64,000 bases of DNA from Terrimicrobiaceae bacterium (GTDB lineage: Bacteria; Verrucomicrobiota; Verrucomicrobiia; Chthoniobacterales; Terrimicrobiaceae): positions 32,001 through 96,000 of the forward strand of contig JBGSVZ010000092.1 in assembly GCA_041752695.1 (NCBI GenBank), given 5' to 3'. The notes under the pieces were generated by a model. That model saw only the letters and a program-made list of their open reading frames with translations, ran no database searches and had not been told where the DNA came from. Made by a program: the position numbers and the translations under genes. Below, piece by piece: positions 26,702-38,678 of this stretch (position 1 is its first letter; the number at the start of each line of letters is the position of its first letter).

Positions 26702-28645
26702 ATGTCAAAGATTTTAGGTATCGATTTGGGCACGACGAACTCCTGCATGGCAGTGATGGAGGGCGGAGAGCCTGTCGTTTTGGAAAATTCCGAAGGAGCG
26801 CGCACCACGCCTTCTGTCGTCGCATTCTCGAAGACAGGTGAACGTCTGGTCGGGCAGGCTGCCAAACGCCAGGCGGTGACCAATCCGCAAAACACAGTTT
26901 TTTCCGTGAAGCGATTCATGGGGCGAAAATTTTCTGAAGTTCAGGACGAGCTCAAACGGGTCCCTTACAAGGTGGTCGCGGCCTCCAATGGCGACGCGCA
27001 CATTGAGGTGACGGTCAATGGGGAAGCCAAACGTTTCAGTCCGCCGGAAGTCTCGGCAATGATCCTCGCGAAGCTCAAGGCCGATGCGGAAGCCAAGCTT
27101 GGGGAAAAAATCACCCAGGCCGTAATCACGGTTCCGGCTTACTTTAACGATTCGCAGCGCAATGCGACGAAGGACGCGGGCAAGATTGCCGGCCTCGAAG
27201 TACTTCGCATCATCAACGAGCCCACCGCGGCGTCACTGGCCTACGGTCTCGACAAAAAATCCGACGAAAAGATCGCCGTTTACGACCTTGGCGGCGGCAC
27301 GTTCGATATCTGTGCTCTCGAAATTGGCGACGGTGTTTTCCAGGTTGCGGCCACGAATGGTGACACCCACCTTGGTGGCGACGACTGGGACAACCGTCTC
27401 ATGGATTGGATCATCGGGGAGTTTAAAAACGACACCGGCATCGATCTCACCAAACAACCTGACGCTGTCCAGCGCATCAAGGAAGAGGCGGAAAAAGCGA
27501 AGATCGCTCTTTCGTCCACGCAGGAATACGAAATCAACCTGCCCTTTGTGACCGCCGACCAGTCGGGTCCGAAACATATTCAGAAAAAACTCACCCGCTC
27601 CAAACTCGAGCAGCTCACCGATGATCTGTTCGAGCGCACGATCAAGCCCGTCAAGGATTGCTTGAGCGATGCAAAGTGGACCGCGAGCACGATCGACGAG
27701 CTTGTTCTCGTGGGCGGCATGACCCGCATGCCGAAAGTGGTGGATACCGCGCGGTCGCTTATCGGCAAGGAACCCCACAAGGGCGTGAATCCCGACGAGG
27801 TTGTGGCCATCGGTGCTTCCATTCAGGGTGGTGTGCTTAAGGGTGACGTCAAAGACGTCCTCCTGCTCGACGTTACGCCGCTTTCGCTGGCTATCGAAAC
27901 TGCGGGAGGCATTGCCACCGCGATGATCCCCCGCAACACCACAATCCCGACCCGCAAGTCGCAAATTTTCTCGACCTACAGCGACAGCCAGCCTGGTGTG
28001 GAAATCAAGGTTCTGCAGGGCGAGCGTCCCCTCAGCCGCGATAATAAACAGCTTGGAACGTTTCACCTCGATGGCATCCCTCCGGCCCCGCGTGGCACGC
28101 CACAGATTGAAGTGACCTTCGACATCGACGCTAATGGTATCCTCAACGTCTCCGCCAAGGATCTAGGCACCGGCAAGGAGCAAAAAATCTCCATCACCGG
28201 ATCCAGCGGTCTGACCAAGGAGGAAGTGGAGAAAATGCAGAAGGAAGCCGAGGCTCATGCGGCGGAAGACGCCAAAGCCAAGGAGTCGATTGAGATTCGT
28301 AACAATGCGGACAATCTCGCCTACCAGTGTGAGAAGCAGCTCAAAGACCTCGGCGATAAACTCGACGGCGCGCAGAAAAAGTCCATCGAGGACGCGATTG
28401 CCAAAGTGCGCGAAGCCCTCAAGGGCAGTGACTCGGATGCGATCAAGGCCGCCAACGACGATCTGCAACAGAAATTTCAGGACATCAGCACGGAGCTCTA
28501 CAAAAACGCCGCCCAACAGGCTGGGCCTCAGCCCGGTGCTGAAAACGAAGCGGGCGGACCTCCCCCGCAGTCCGAAACCAAAAAGGACGCCGACGTCGTT
28601 GACGCGGAGTTCGAGATGGTGGACGAGGACAAAAAGAAAAACTAA
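26702..28645 (+). CDS. dnaK: Chaperone DnaK (Hsp70)
   Basis: [32 protein letters not shown]. Confidence 0.99.
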   Translation: MSKILGIDLGTTNSCMAVMEGGEPVVLENSEGARTTPSVVAFSKTGERLVGQAAKRQAVTNPQNTVFSVKRFMGRKFSEVQDELKRVPYKVVAASNGDAHIEVTVNGEAKRFSPPEVSAMILAKLKADAEAKLGEKITQAVITVPAYFNDSQRNATKDAGKIAGLEVLRIINEPTAASLAYGLDKKSDEKIAVYDLGGGTFDICALEIGDGVFQVAATNGDTHLGGDDWDNRLMDWIIGEFKNDTGIDLTKQPDAVQRIKEEAEKAKIALSSTQEYEINLPFVTADQSGPKHIQKKLTRSKLEQLTDDLFERTIKPVKDCLSDAKWTASTIDELVLVGGMTRMPKVVDTARSLIGKEPHKGVNPDEVVAIGASIQGGVLKGDVKDVLLLDVTPLSLAIETAGGIATAMIPRNTTIPTRKSQIFSTYSDSQPGVEIKVLQGERPLSRDNKQLGTFHLDGIPPAPRGTPQIEVTFDIDANGILNVSAKDLGTGKEQKISITGSSGLTKEEVEKMQKEAEAHAAEDAKAKESIEIRNNADNLAYQCEKQLKDLGDKLDGAQKKSIEDAIAKVREALKGSDSDAIKAANDDLQQKFQDISTELYKNAAQQAGPQPGAENEAGGPPPQSETKKDADVVDAEFEMVDEDKKKN

Positions 28646-28675
28646 CGCCCGTCCAGGCAATCCCTTTAACCAATA

Positions 28676-28706
28676 GTTCCGGAGCCGCCTACGCGGCATT
28701 CGGGAC
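28676..28706 (+). other. Intergenic stem-loop between dnaK and groES
   Basis: GTTCCGGA-GCCGC-CTAC-GCGGC-A-TTCGGGAC hairpin with no U-tract; possible mRNA stabiliser or processing site. Confidence 0.4.
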
Positions 28707-28751
28707 AGTCGTTAAAAACCAACCAAACCCAAATAAATAACACATAGCCCT

Positions 28752-29048
28752 ATGGCCAGCGTGAATATCAAACCTCTCGGCGACCGCGTGCTCGTTCAGG
28801 CGCTCGAAGAGAAGGAAGTCAAAAAAGGCGGAATTATCATTCCCGACACCGCTAAGGAAAAACCCCAGGAAGGCCAAGTGGTCGCCCTCGGAACCGGCAA
28901 ACGTGATGAGGACGGAAAACTCATCGAGTTCACCGTGAAAAAAGGCGACAAGGTCCTCATTTCCAAATACGGCGGAACCGAAGTCAAAATCGACGGCGAA
29001 AGCTATCTGATCATGCGCGAGGACGACATCCTCGGCATCATCGGCTAA
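28752..29048 (+). CDS. groES: Co-chaperonin GroES
   Basis: [32 protein letters not shown]. Confidence 0.99.
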   Translation: MASVNIKPLGDRVLVQALEEKEVKKGGIIIPDTAKEKPQEGQVVALGTGKRDEDGKLIEFTVKKGDKVLISKYGGTEVKIDGESYLIMREDDILGIIG

Positions 29049-29079
29049 GCCCTTCCATCAACAATCAACCAATCAATAA

Positions 29080-30726
<1,647 letters not shown>

Positions 30727-30751
30727 AGTCCAGCTCGCACACAGTCCAAAA

Positions 30752-30794
30752 TCAACAAGCAGCCCCGGTCGCAAGACCGGGGCTGTTTTGTTGA
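30752..30794 (+). terminator. Rho-independent terminator of the chaperone operon
   Basis: CAGCCCCGGTC-GCAA-GACCGGGGCTG stem with GNRA loop, followed by TTTTGTT. Confidence 0.85.
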
Positions 30795-30873
30795 GTGGCG
30801 GCACCGACAGCCCGCCGGCAACCGTTCCGCCCAACCTGGCAGGAATTCCGTGCCACTTTTCATCCGCAAAGAC

Positions 30874-30903
30874 TTGAAAACCATCCGGTCTGCGCACTAG
30901 TGT
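30874..30903 (+). promoter_or_regulatory. Sigma-70 promoter, probably giving a leaderless mRNA
   Basis: TTGAAA (30874) -18 nt- TAGTGT (30898), then 6 nt to the ATG at 30910. Confidence 0.5.
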
Positions 30904-30909
30904 GGTGGG

Positions 30910-32187
30910 ATGGCCAAAGAGCTGCCCCCATTCGTTCAGACGTTTCTGGACAAATTCAGTAATTCCCGGGATTTCACGATTTCGTTTACCCTGCACGCCA
31001 TCCTTATTGCGATCTTCGGCGGCACGGTGCTTTTTCAGGCGGTGCAGGAACCTCCGGATTTCGAGGGCGAGAGTGGCGGGTTCGTTCAGTCGAGCGACTC
31101 CCCCCAAGCTCCCCAGCAACCGCAGCAGGTGCAGCAGCCCACGGTAAATACTCTGGTTGCTCCCCCGAGCGCCTCCAATCCCCTTAACACGATTACCACC
31201 AGTGCGGTGAATCCGGCGAACTTCACGATGTCGCCCACGATAATGACGCCGGTCACGACGGCACCCGCCACCACGACGACGACCACGACGGTTGCCGCCC
31301 CCACGACAGGCATGAGCTCCGACGGACTCACGACTGCCGCGGCTTCGCAGATTAAGGCCTTCACGGGTGGGTGGGGCAAGGGGCAGGGGAGTGGCACCGG
31401 CATTCGCTCCCGTGAATTTGAGTTCACCGCCTACCTCGGCCAGTATCAGGGTGGCAACTGGAACTCCACGGTTCGAGTGGTGCAGAACAAGATCGAGACA
31501 GGGAGCCTGCCAAACCTCCTCTATCTCATGAGCGCGTGGTCGAAAGATAAGATCAAGACCAACTACAAAAATGTCGTGGCCATCAAACTCGACAGCGACC
31601 AAATCTTCGCCATCAAACCGCCGTTCATTTTCATGACCGGCACCCGGGATTTTAAGCTGACGGATAAAGAGGTGGAAACGCTTCAGAAGTACATCCGCCT
31701 CGGGGGTTGTATCTGGGGAGATAGCTCGTTGCCGGGATTGCGCTCGCGCTTCGACATCGCGTTCCGCCGCGAGATGAAGCGGGTGATTCCCGATGTGGAC
31801 AAGGACTTCGAGCCGCTCCCCAACAACCACCCCATCTTTACGCAAACGTATTTTCCCGAAATCAAGGAAGTGCCTCCGGGTTTGAATTTTTACCAGGAAC
31901 CCGTCTTCGCGATGAAGATCTACGGGGAGATCGCCATCCTTTATACCGCCAACGACTACGGAGACATGTGGCAGGTCGGACTGAATCAGCAGGGCCAGAT
32001 CGACACCCGAAAAAACCAGTCCGGGCAATTTGTCGCCATCAATTCCACGATCTACGAGAACCGCTCGGTGTATCTGCGCAACATCACCACGGAATCGCTC
32101 GTCACCTCCTTTCGCTTCGGCACAAACGTGGTCATCCATCTTCTGACCCGTTGGGAAAGCAAGACCCGCACTGCGCCAACCTTGTAA
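30910..32187 (+). CDS. DUF4159 domain membrane-anchored protein
   Basis: N-terminal TM segment (SFTLHAILIAIFGG); Q/P/T-rich linker; PFIFMTG..F.LTDKEVETLQKYIRLGG and PNNHPIF motifs. Confidence 0.75.
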   Translation: MAKELPPFVQTFLDKFSNSRDFTISFTLHAILIAIFGGTVLFQAVQEPPDFEGESGGFVQSSDSPQAPQQPQQVQQPTVNTLVAPPSASNPLNTITTSAVNPANFTMSPTIMTPVTTAPATTTTTTTVAAPTTGMSSDGLTTAAASQIKAFTGGWGKGQGSGTGIRSREFEFTAYLGQYQGGNWNSTVRVVQNKIETGSLPNLLYLMSAWSKDKIKTNYKNVVAIKLDSDQIFAIKPPFIFMTGTRDFKLTDKEVETLQKYIRLGGCIWGDSSLPGLRSRFDIAFRREMKRVIPDVDKDFEPLPNNHPIFTQTYFPEIKEVPPGLNFYQEPVFAMKIYGEIAILYTANDYGDMWQVGLNQQGQIDTRKNQSGQFVAINSTIYENRSVYLRNITTESLVTSFRFGTNVVIHLLTRWESKTRTAPTL

Positions 32188-32204
32188 CCAACGGGGCGTT
32201 GGCA

Positions 32205-32410
32205 AACGTCGAACGCTCAACGCTGAACTCTGAACGCTCAAGTGAGGCGTTTTGGGTTCGGCGTGAAATTTTGAGCAGGCACTCAAACGTGTGCATGAGT
32301 TCCGTCAAAAGGGGTTCCCAATAAACATGGGGACATGCATTTGCCTTCCGGCGGGTAGCCGAGAGTTCCTTACTTCAGCGTTGAAAGTTGAGCGTTCGGC
32401 GTTCGGCGTT
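32205..32410. repeat. Inverted pair of AACGCTS-type heptamer arrays enclosing 120 bp
   Basis: Left arm AACGTCG AACGCTC AACGCTG AACTCTG AACGCTC AAGTGAGG (32205-32247). Right arm reverse-complement AACGCCG AACGCCG AACGCTC AACTTTC AACGCTG AAGTAAGG (32368-32410). Confidence 0.8.
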
Positions 32411-32427
32411 GGCCGCCGCGGCGGAGG

Positions 32428-33135
32428 CTAGCCTCCCCAGCGGCCGCCTGGGCTTAGCGACGGAACCCAGCCGCGGAGGTGTCCGTCGGCGTAGTTGGTT
32501 TTGCCAATGGCCCCGATCATTTTTTTGCCGGTGGCGTCGCGCCAAGCCTTGCTCATGCTTTCGCCGGTGTGGCAGCCCCAGCTTTTCACGAAGGCGTCGC
32601 GGGTGAAGAGCCCGCGGTGGATTTGTTTCAATTCGTTCTCGTGCAGCCAGACTTTGGAAGCGCTGTCGATTTCGTTGCTGTAATCGAACATGAAACACGC
32701 GCGGTTGGAGTGCCCGTAAAACTCGAAGTTGGCGATCTTCACCTGACTGCGGGGCTGGCCGGCGTTGAGGTAGTTGATGAGTTGGCTGGTGCTGTTGAAA
32801 AACACCAGGTTGACACCGTATTTGTCGCGCACGCTGACAATGTTGCCAATGAGGTCGGACTTGTCCTGGCGCTCGGCGCGTCGGGAGTAGCCGGGTTTAT
32901 AAACCAGCCAGGTGATGCGGGCACCTGGGCCGTGTTCTTTGCGGAGTTCCTCGATGCGAACGCGGGCGGCGCGGATAAAATTGCCCCACCAGCGGTCGTG
33001 CGGGGCGGCTTTGTATTTTTCCCACTCGTCCAGGGACGGGCCCCCGCTGACCAGGATGTATTCCTTTTGCACCTCGGCGACGACCGGGACGGTGCACACG
33101 ACGAGGAGCAGGAGCGCGCGGAGCAGAGACTTCAT
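32428..33135 (-). CDS. Secreted hypothetical protein, possible His-Cys (caspase/hemoglobinase-like) hydrolase
   Basis: Signal peptide MKSLLRALLLLVVCTVPVVA; FEFYGHS and KSWGCHTG motifs. Confidence 0.65.
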   Translation of the reverse strand: MKSLLRALLLLVVCTVPVVAEVQKEYILVSGGPSLDEWEKYKAAPHDRWWGNFIRAARVRIEELRKEHGPGARITWLVYKPGYSRRAERQDKSDLIGNIVSVRDKYGVNLVFFNSTSQLINYLNAGQPRSQVKIANFEFYGHSNRACFMFDYSNEIDSASKVWLHENELKQIHRGLFTRDAFVKSWGCHTGESMSKAWRDATGKKMIGAIGKTNYADGHLRGWVPSLSPGGRWGG

Positions 33136-33213
33136 CGTTTGGAGAAAACGCAGCGCGTGGATTTCTGCAAGAGGATTTCTCGCCAAAGTGGCAGGTTGTT
33201 CTATTCTCCCGCC

Positions 33214-35556
33214 ATGGCTTTGGACCCCTCTGTGTTCGAAAAACTTGGCGCATTCTATCTCGGCAGCCCGCATGATCAGGCCGCTAAAAAAACGGCTGAA
33301 GTCCCTTTGCTCTACGATTCCCGGGACTTGGTGACGCACGCGGTCTGTGTGGGAATGACGGGCAGCGGCAAAACGGGACTTTGCCTCGCTCTCCTGGAAG
33401 AGGCGGCAATTGACGGGGTGCCGGCTATCATCATCGATCCGAAAGGCGATCTTGGGAATTTGCTCCTCACTTTTCCGGAATTGCGCCCGGAGGATTTCCG
33501 ACCCTGGATTAACGAGGAGGATGCGCGCCGCAAAGAGATGGAGCCGGCGGCCTTCGCCACGCAGCAGGCGGAGATGTGGAAAAAGGGTCTCGCGTCGTGG
33601 GGGCAGGACGGGGACCGCATCCGCTCGTTGCGGGAGAAGGTGGACATGGCCATCTATACGCCGGGCAGCACGAGTGGGCTGCCGGTGAACGTGCTGGCAT
33701 CTTTTGCGGCTCCCGAAACGGATGATCCCGAGGCCCTGGCGGATCGCGTGCAGACCACCGCCGCGAGCCTGTTGGGCTTGTTGAAAATAGAGGCCGACCC
33801 GGTAAAAAGTCGGGAGTGCATCCTGCTCTCCGCTCTGCTCCAGCACGAATGGTCGCAGGGCCATGACCTGGATCTGCCAGGGCTGATTGAGCGCATCCAG
33901 ACCCCTCCGTTCGAGAAAATTGGTGTGCTCAATCTGGAAACATTTTATCCTGCGAAAGATCGCTTTGCGCTGGTAATGGCTCTGAACAACGTGCTGGCCT
34001 CCCCCGGGTTTGCGACCTGGCAGCAAGGCGAGGCGCTGGATGCGGGGAAGTTTCTCTACACGGCTGAGGGGAAACCCCGCGTGTCCATTTTCTCCATCGC
34101 GCACCTCGGGGATGATGAGCGGATGTTTTTTGTCGCCCTTCTTTTAAACGAGGTCCTTTCCTGGACCCGCGCCCAAAGCGGCACCACCAGTCTTCGCGCC
34201 ATACTTTACATGGACGAGATTTTTGGATACCTGCCACCGACCGCCAACCCGCCTTCCAAGCTCCCCATGTTGACCCTGCTCAAACAGGCGCGCGCTTTCG
34301 GCGTGGGGGTGGTGCTGGCCACGCAAAATCCAGTCGATCTCGACTACAAGGCCCTGTCCAACTGCGGCACCTGGTTCATTGGGCGTCTGCAGACCGAACG
34401 CGACAAGGCCCGCATGCTCGATGGACTGCAAGGCGCGGCCGGGGGAGGTAAGTTTGACCGACAGGCCATGGAAAGTGCGCTGGCGGGATTGGGAAACCGG
34501 ATTTTCCTGATGAACAATGTTCATGATGACGGTCCGGTGATTTTCGAGACGCGCTGGGTGATGAGTTACCTCCGCGGCCCGCTGACAAGGGATCAGATCA
34601 AAGTTCTCATGAACGGCCGTCAGACCGCGGCCCCTCCCAAACCTGCATCCATGCCCGCTCAGGCCGCGGGACGTCCGGCGTTACCCCCGGGTGTGCCCCA
34701 GGTGTTTTTGCCGACCCGTTCCGGGGCCGATGTCCTCTATGTCCCGGCCTTGCTCGGTGCGGCCTCCGTGCGGTTCAGTGATTCCAAACTCGGAGTGGAC
34801 GAAACCCGCGAGGTGATCCTGGCGGCGGACATTCCTGCCGGAGTTTCCGGGGCGAATTGGGAAAATGCCGAGTTGCTCGATCTCGAAATCGGGGATCTGG
34901 CCAAGGCGCCCGAGGGAGCGGCGAAATATGGCGAGGTGGCTGCGGCCGCGGGTCAGCCGAAAAACTTTCCCGCGTGGGAAAAGGAATTTTCCCAAGCCCT
35001 CGCCGCCACCCAGAGACTGACCGTTCTTCGCTGCGCGGATCTCAAAACCGTTTCCAACCCCGGGGAATCCGAGGCCCAATTTCGCGCCCGCATTGCGCTG
35101 GCCGTGCGGGAAAACCGGGACGCTGGCGTGGAGGCTCTGCGGAAAAAATACGCCCCGAAGCTGGCTGCCCTCCAGACCCGACTTGCGCGTGCACAAGGCA
35201 TGGTGGAGCGACAGAAGGAACAAGCCTCCCACGCGCGCATGCAGACGTTTATTTCGGTCGGCTCCACCATTTTGGGCGCCCTCCTGGGCCGGAAGGCTCT
35301 GAGTAGCGCCAATGTGGGAAAGGCGGCCACGGCGGCCCGTGGAGTCAGCCGCAGCATGAAGGAGGGTTCGGATGTGGCATCGGCCGAACAGGGGGCCGGG
35401 GCTATCAGTCAGCAAATCGCCGACCTGGAAACGGAATGCGAAGCGGAGAGCGCGGCATTGCGGGCGACGGAACCCCAGATCGAAACCGTAGAGGTCAAGC
35501 CGCTGAAGAGCGCCATTACGGTGCGGCTCGTCGCCCTCGCCTGGCGGCCAGTGTGA
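33214..35556 (+). CDS. HerA/FtsK-like P-loop ATPase (DUF87/DUF853-like)
   Basis: GMTGSGKT Walker A, IIDPKGD, ILYMDEIFG Walker B, KQARAFG, LATQNP; coiled-coil C-terminus. Confidence 0.85.
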   Translation: MALDPSVFEKLGAFYLGSPHDQAAKKTAEVPLLYDSRDLVTHAVCVGMTGSGKTGLCLALLEEAAIDGVPAIIIDPKGDLGNLLLTFPELRPEDFRPWINEEDARRKEMEPAAFATQQAEMWKKGLASWGQDGDRIRSLREKVDMAIYTPGSTSGLPVNVLASFAAPETDDPEALADRVQTTAASLLGLLKIEADPVKSRECILLSALLQHEWSQGHDLDLPGLIERIQTPPFEKIGVLNLETFYPAKDRFALVMALNNVLASPGFATWQQGEALDAGKFLYTAEGKPRVSIFSIAHLGDDERMFFVALLLNEVLSWTRAQSGTTSLRAILYMDEIFGYLPPTANPPSKLPMLTLLKQARAFGVGVVLATQNPVDLDYKALSNCGTWFIGRLQTERDKARMLDGLQGAAGGGKFDRQAMESALAGLGNRIFLMNNVHDDGPVIFETRWVMSYLRGPLTRDQIKVLMNGRQTAAPPKPASMPAQAAGRPALPPGVPQVFLPTRSGADVLYVPALLGAASVRFSDSKLGVDETREVILAADIPAGVSGANWENAELLDLEIGDLAKAPEGAAKYGEVAAAAGQPKNFPAWEKEFSQALAATQRLTVLRCADLKTVSNPGESEAQFRARIALAVRENRDAGVEALRKKYAPKLAALQTRLARAQGMVERQKEQASHARMQTFISVGSTILGALLGRKALSSANVGKAATAARGVSRSMKEGSDVASAEQGAGAISQQIADLETECEAESAALRATEPQIETVEVKPLKSAITVRLVALAWRPV

Positions 35557-36451
35557 CGAAGCCGACGCAGCCAAGCAGCAATAACGTGGAAGGTTCCGGC
35601 ACGGTTGAGACCGGGATTCCCGCGCCGGAAATTTGCTCCAGATAGGCGGGGATAAACGCGTCGAGATTGGTGGAACCCGAAACGGCGGAATGGACGCCCA
35701 CCAGGGCGAGCGAACCGTTCCATGCGACAAAGGAAGGGCTTCCAGAGTCGCCCAATTGCAGCAAAGCCTCACCGGCACCCGCGCCTTGCGTGAAAGCCAT
35801 TAAGATCGTGTCATCGAGCAGGTCGAAATTCGTTCCCGTATTTAAGACGTCGTCCGAGGCCACTGCCGGAGTGCCGGCGTTCCAGTAGAGATTTTCCGTG
35901 CCCAGCGCGCCAATCACTCCCGTGCCCACAGCAGCGCTCCACCCATAAACCAGCAAATCCAGCCCGACGTAGTCTCCAGAAGTCGGCAAATCGAGCACGG
36001 GATAAAAAGCAATGGCATCGCCGGGATCGATCGGTGTGGTCAGCCGGCCGATGGACAGATCCGACTTGAGATGATCCCCTGGAGCCTGGAGGGGGTATTC
36101 CATGGCCAGTGAAAAAGTCGTGTCGATGGTGTAGGAAACCACCGCGTTATCCGCCGGGCTGTAGAAGAATATACTCGAATTGGGAGGCTGGTAATGAGTC
36201 GCGAACACGAAGTATTGATCGCTGATCATCGTGAAACTCTGGGTGGAATCGGTTCCCCAGCCCACCCCGGAGAGGTCGTAGCCCGCGGCGAAGAAATTGG
36301 GGCTGGTGTTGGGAACGGGAGCGCCGGGATAGCCGGACTCAAAACGATAGTTGTCCTCCGCGTTCTCCCCATTGATGATTAGGGCAATCGATGCCTGCGG
36401 GAGGAGGAAACCGCCCGCAAGTGCAACGAGGGCGGCGGAGAGCGTTCGCAT
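35516..36451 (-). CDS. PEP-CTERM-anchored trypsin-like serine protease
   Basis: Signal peptide; ATHY, SDLSIGRL and GDSGSP triad motifs; VPEPSTLLLL...RRGRR tail. Confidence 0.82.
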   Translation of the reverse strand: MRTLSAALVALAGGFLLPQASIALIINGENAEDNYRFESGYPGAPVPNTSPNFFAAGYDLSGVGWGTDSTQSFTMISDQYFVFATHYQPPNSSIFFYSPADNAVVSYTIDTTFSLAMEYPLQAPGDHLKSDLSIGRLTTPIDPGDAIAFYPVLDLPTSGDYVGLDLLVYGWSAAVGTGVIGALGTENLYWNAGTPAVASDDVLNTGTNFDLLDDTILMAFTQGAGAGEALLQLGDSGSPSFVAWNGSLALVGVHSAVSGSTNLDAFIPAYLEQISGAGIPVSTVPEPSTLLLLGCVGFVTLAARRGRRAAP

Positions 36452-36483
36452 ACAACGAATTACGCACCCATCACGCCATACGG

Positions 36484-37146
36484 TCAATGAGAATTTGGCG
36501 ACCCCGAACCCGCAGCGTCCAGAAGTTCGCGGCACGCCCGGCAGTAGCCCGAGATGTCGGAGGCTTGCAGAATGCCGGACACAATAACGACCCTGCTGGT
36601 GCCCGCCTTGAGCAGTGGCCCGAGATTTTCGAGCTTGATGCCTCCGATGCAAAAAATGGGGACGGAAACCGTTCGGTGCACTTCCGCGAGATCCGCCAGC
36701 CCAATGGGAACGTAGTCCGGTTTGGTGGGTGTGGCGAAAAGCGGCCCGAAGCCAATGTAGTCGGGGTCGTGCTCATTCGCCGTGGCGGCCTGGGTCACGC
36801 TGTGGGTGGAAAGCCCGATGATTTTGCCGTCTCCCGCGAGCGCTCTGGCCTCTGCCACCGTCATATCGTCCTGACCCACATGGGCTCCGTCTGCGCCGGT
36901 CTCCGCCACGAGGTCCGGGTGGTCGTTCAGAACGAAGGGCACATCGCGCTCGCGGCACAGGGGAGCCACCTGCCGGGCGAGAGCCGCGATTTCAGACACG
37001 GGCCGGTTTTTCGCCCGGAGTTGGAGCATTTGCACTCCGCCCTCCAGCATGGCCCGGGTGACTGGCAGGGCGTCCTCTGCGGTTACATAACCGAGGTCGA
37101 GGATGCCGTAGAGGCGGGCCGCCCGCAGACTTCGGATTATTTCCAC
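36484..37146 (-). CDS. thiE: Thiamine-phosphate synthase
   Basis: QLRAK, LNDH, GAHVGQDD, GLSTHS, TPTKP, IGGIK. Confidence 0.95.
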   Translation of the reverse strand: MEIIRSLRAARLYGILDLGYVTAEDALPVTRAMLEGGVQMLQLRAKNRPVSEIAALARQVAPLCRERDVPFVLNDHPDLVAETGADGAHVGQDDMTVAEARALAGDGKIIGLSTHSVTQAATANEHDPDYIGFGPLFATPTKPDYVPIGLADLAEVHRTVSVPIFCIGGIKLENLGPLLKAGTSRVVIVSGILQASDISGYCRACRELLDAAGSGSPNSH

Positions 37147-38042
37147 AGTGGCGTGGGATAGGTGCCGTCGGCGTGCAGGGCGGCCAGGGACTTCATCACG
37201 ATGGGTTTGTCTTCGCGGTAGGTGACGCCAAACCAGGCCGCGTCGGTGGGCAGAACGTCCAGCGTGGCTTCACCGAGGGTCACCATCTCGCCGATGGCCA
37301 TCGGGATGTAACACTCGGCCTTCGGGTCGGCCGATTTTTCCTTGAGGAAGGCGATGAGCTTGCTCTCGAGGAGAGGAAAAACCGCCGGGGTGAGACCCCA
37401 AAAATTCATCGAGACCGATTCGTCTCCCGTAAAGGTGCGCTCGCTTCCGTCGGCCTCCTTCTGGGAAATTTTTTCGCCCCCTTCGATGCTGGTGCATTCG
37501 ACGATGTGGATGAGGCGGCCGGTCGGGTCCACTTCGCAGACCCCTCGCGCCACGGAACCGTGCTCGGAAAGGGTGCTGCTCAAACGGTAGCCAGCCATGG
37601 CAAAGCGGGTGGTGTCGGAGGGGCCGGACTGGAGAAACTTGCCCATGATTTTATACGACTGTCCTCCGTAAAAATCATCCGCATTGATCGCGGCGAAGGG
37701 GCCATCCAGTGCCCCGCGAGCGCACCAGATCGCGTGCGCCGTGCCCCAGGGTTTTTGCCGACCTTCGGGAATAAAGAACCCCGCTGGCAGAGCGTCCAAC
37801 TGCTGAAACACATAATCGACAGCAATTTTTCCCTCGTACCTCGCGCCAATCTTTTCGCGGAATTCCGCCTCAATGTCGCGACGGATGATAAAAACCACCC
37901 GGTCAAATCCGGCCTGAACCGCATCAAAAACCGAATAGTCGAGCAGGGTTTCCCCGGTGGGTCCCATGGGATCGAGTTGTTTGAGACCGCCATAACGGCT
38001 ACCCATGCCGGCCGCCAAAACGAGGAGAGAGAGTTGAGACAT
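37137..38042 (-). CDS. Sugar-phosphate nucleotidyltransferase family protein
   Basis: LLVLAAGMGSRYGGLKQ, KPWGTAHA, INADDFYG. Confidence 0.88.
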   Translation of the reverse strand: MSQLSLLVLAAGMGSRYGGLKQLDPMGPTGETLLDYSVFDAVQAGFDRVVFIIRRDIEAEFREKIGARYEGKIAVDYVFQQLDALPAGFFIPEGRQKPWGTAHAIWCARGALDGPFAAINADDFYGGQSYKIMGKFLQSGPSDTTRFAMAGYRLSSTLSEHGSVARGVCEVDPTGRLIHIVECTSIEGGEKISQKEADGSERTFTGDESVSMNFWGLTPAVFPLLESKLIAFLKEKSADPKAECYIPMAIGEMVTLGEATLDVLPTDAAWFGVTYREDKPIVMKSLAALHADGTYPTPLWK

Positions 38043-38158
38043 CCCGGCTGTTCTCGCCGATCCCCACCGCTGAGGCAAGCCGCAGATAACCGGCTCGACC
38101 GCGTTTTACAATCGTTGTCCCAGGTGGGACATTTATTGTAAATCCGACCCGCTGGTGT

Positions 38159-38671
38159 TCATTGGGGGGTGCGGGCGATTTTGGCGGATTCGTAGCCCTG
38201 CGCGACGGCGAGAGCAACGAGGCGTTCGTAGAGTTTTTCGTCCATTGCCGGACGGCGTGCGAGGATCCAGAGGTATTTGCGAGAAGGGTGGCCGACCAGG
38301 GCCCATTGGTAATTTTTGTCGAGTCCGATGATCCAATAGGCGCCGGTGAAGGGGCCGAAGAAGCTCACTTTGAGTTTCGCATTTCCGCTGCCGGGAACCA
38401 CTTTCGCCCGACCTTGGATGGACTCGCGGGAGCCGTCGGCCTGTCGGCAGGCATTCACCACGCGGATGGCACCGTCGGGCAGCGGGGAGTACGATGCGGT
38501 CACCGCCCCGGTGCATTTGCGTTGAAACCAATTGGGGTAGCGTGCGATCTCATGCCAGTCGCCGGAGTAGCGTTTGAGGTCGACTTCCGGCACGGTGGCA
38601 AGCGGGCGGGAGGTCGCACATCCGGAAAGTAGGGCGATGATCATTGCAGCGAGCGGTGCTTTTGCTTTCAT
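38159..38671 (-). CDS. blc: Bacterial lipocalin (outer-membrane lipoprotein)
   Basis: Lipobox LSGC; DLKRYSGDWHEIAR, KLKVSFF, YLWILAR. Confidence 0.9.
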   Translation of the reverse strand: MKAKAPLAAMIIALLSGCATSRPLATVPEVDLKRYSGDWHEIARYPNWFQRKCTGAVTASYSPLPDGAIRVVNACRQADGSRESIQGRAKVVPGSGNAKLKVSFFGPFTGAYWIIGLDKNYQWALVGHPSRKYLWILARRPAMDEKLYERLVALAVAQGYESAKIARTPQ

Positions 38672-38678
38672 GGTGGTG

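Noticed and set aside
32205..32410. CRISPR array or IS ends
   Set aside because: The units are 7-bp tandem repeats without unique spacers, and there is no cas or transposase gene nearby.
32428..34104. Mutually overlapping long ORFs 32479..35556 (+) and 32428..34104 (-)
   Set aside because: Each is a real gene extended through the other's antisense strand. Plausible starts are 33214 and 33135.
33214..35556. HerA-based anti-phage system
   Set aside because: No co-oriented Sir2, nuclease or NurA partner, no defence-island context, and composition looks like the rest of the window.
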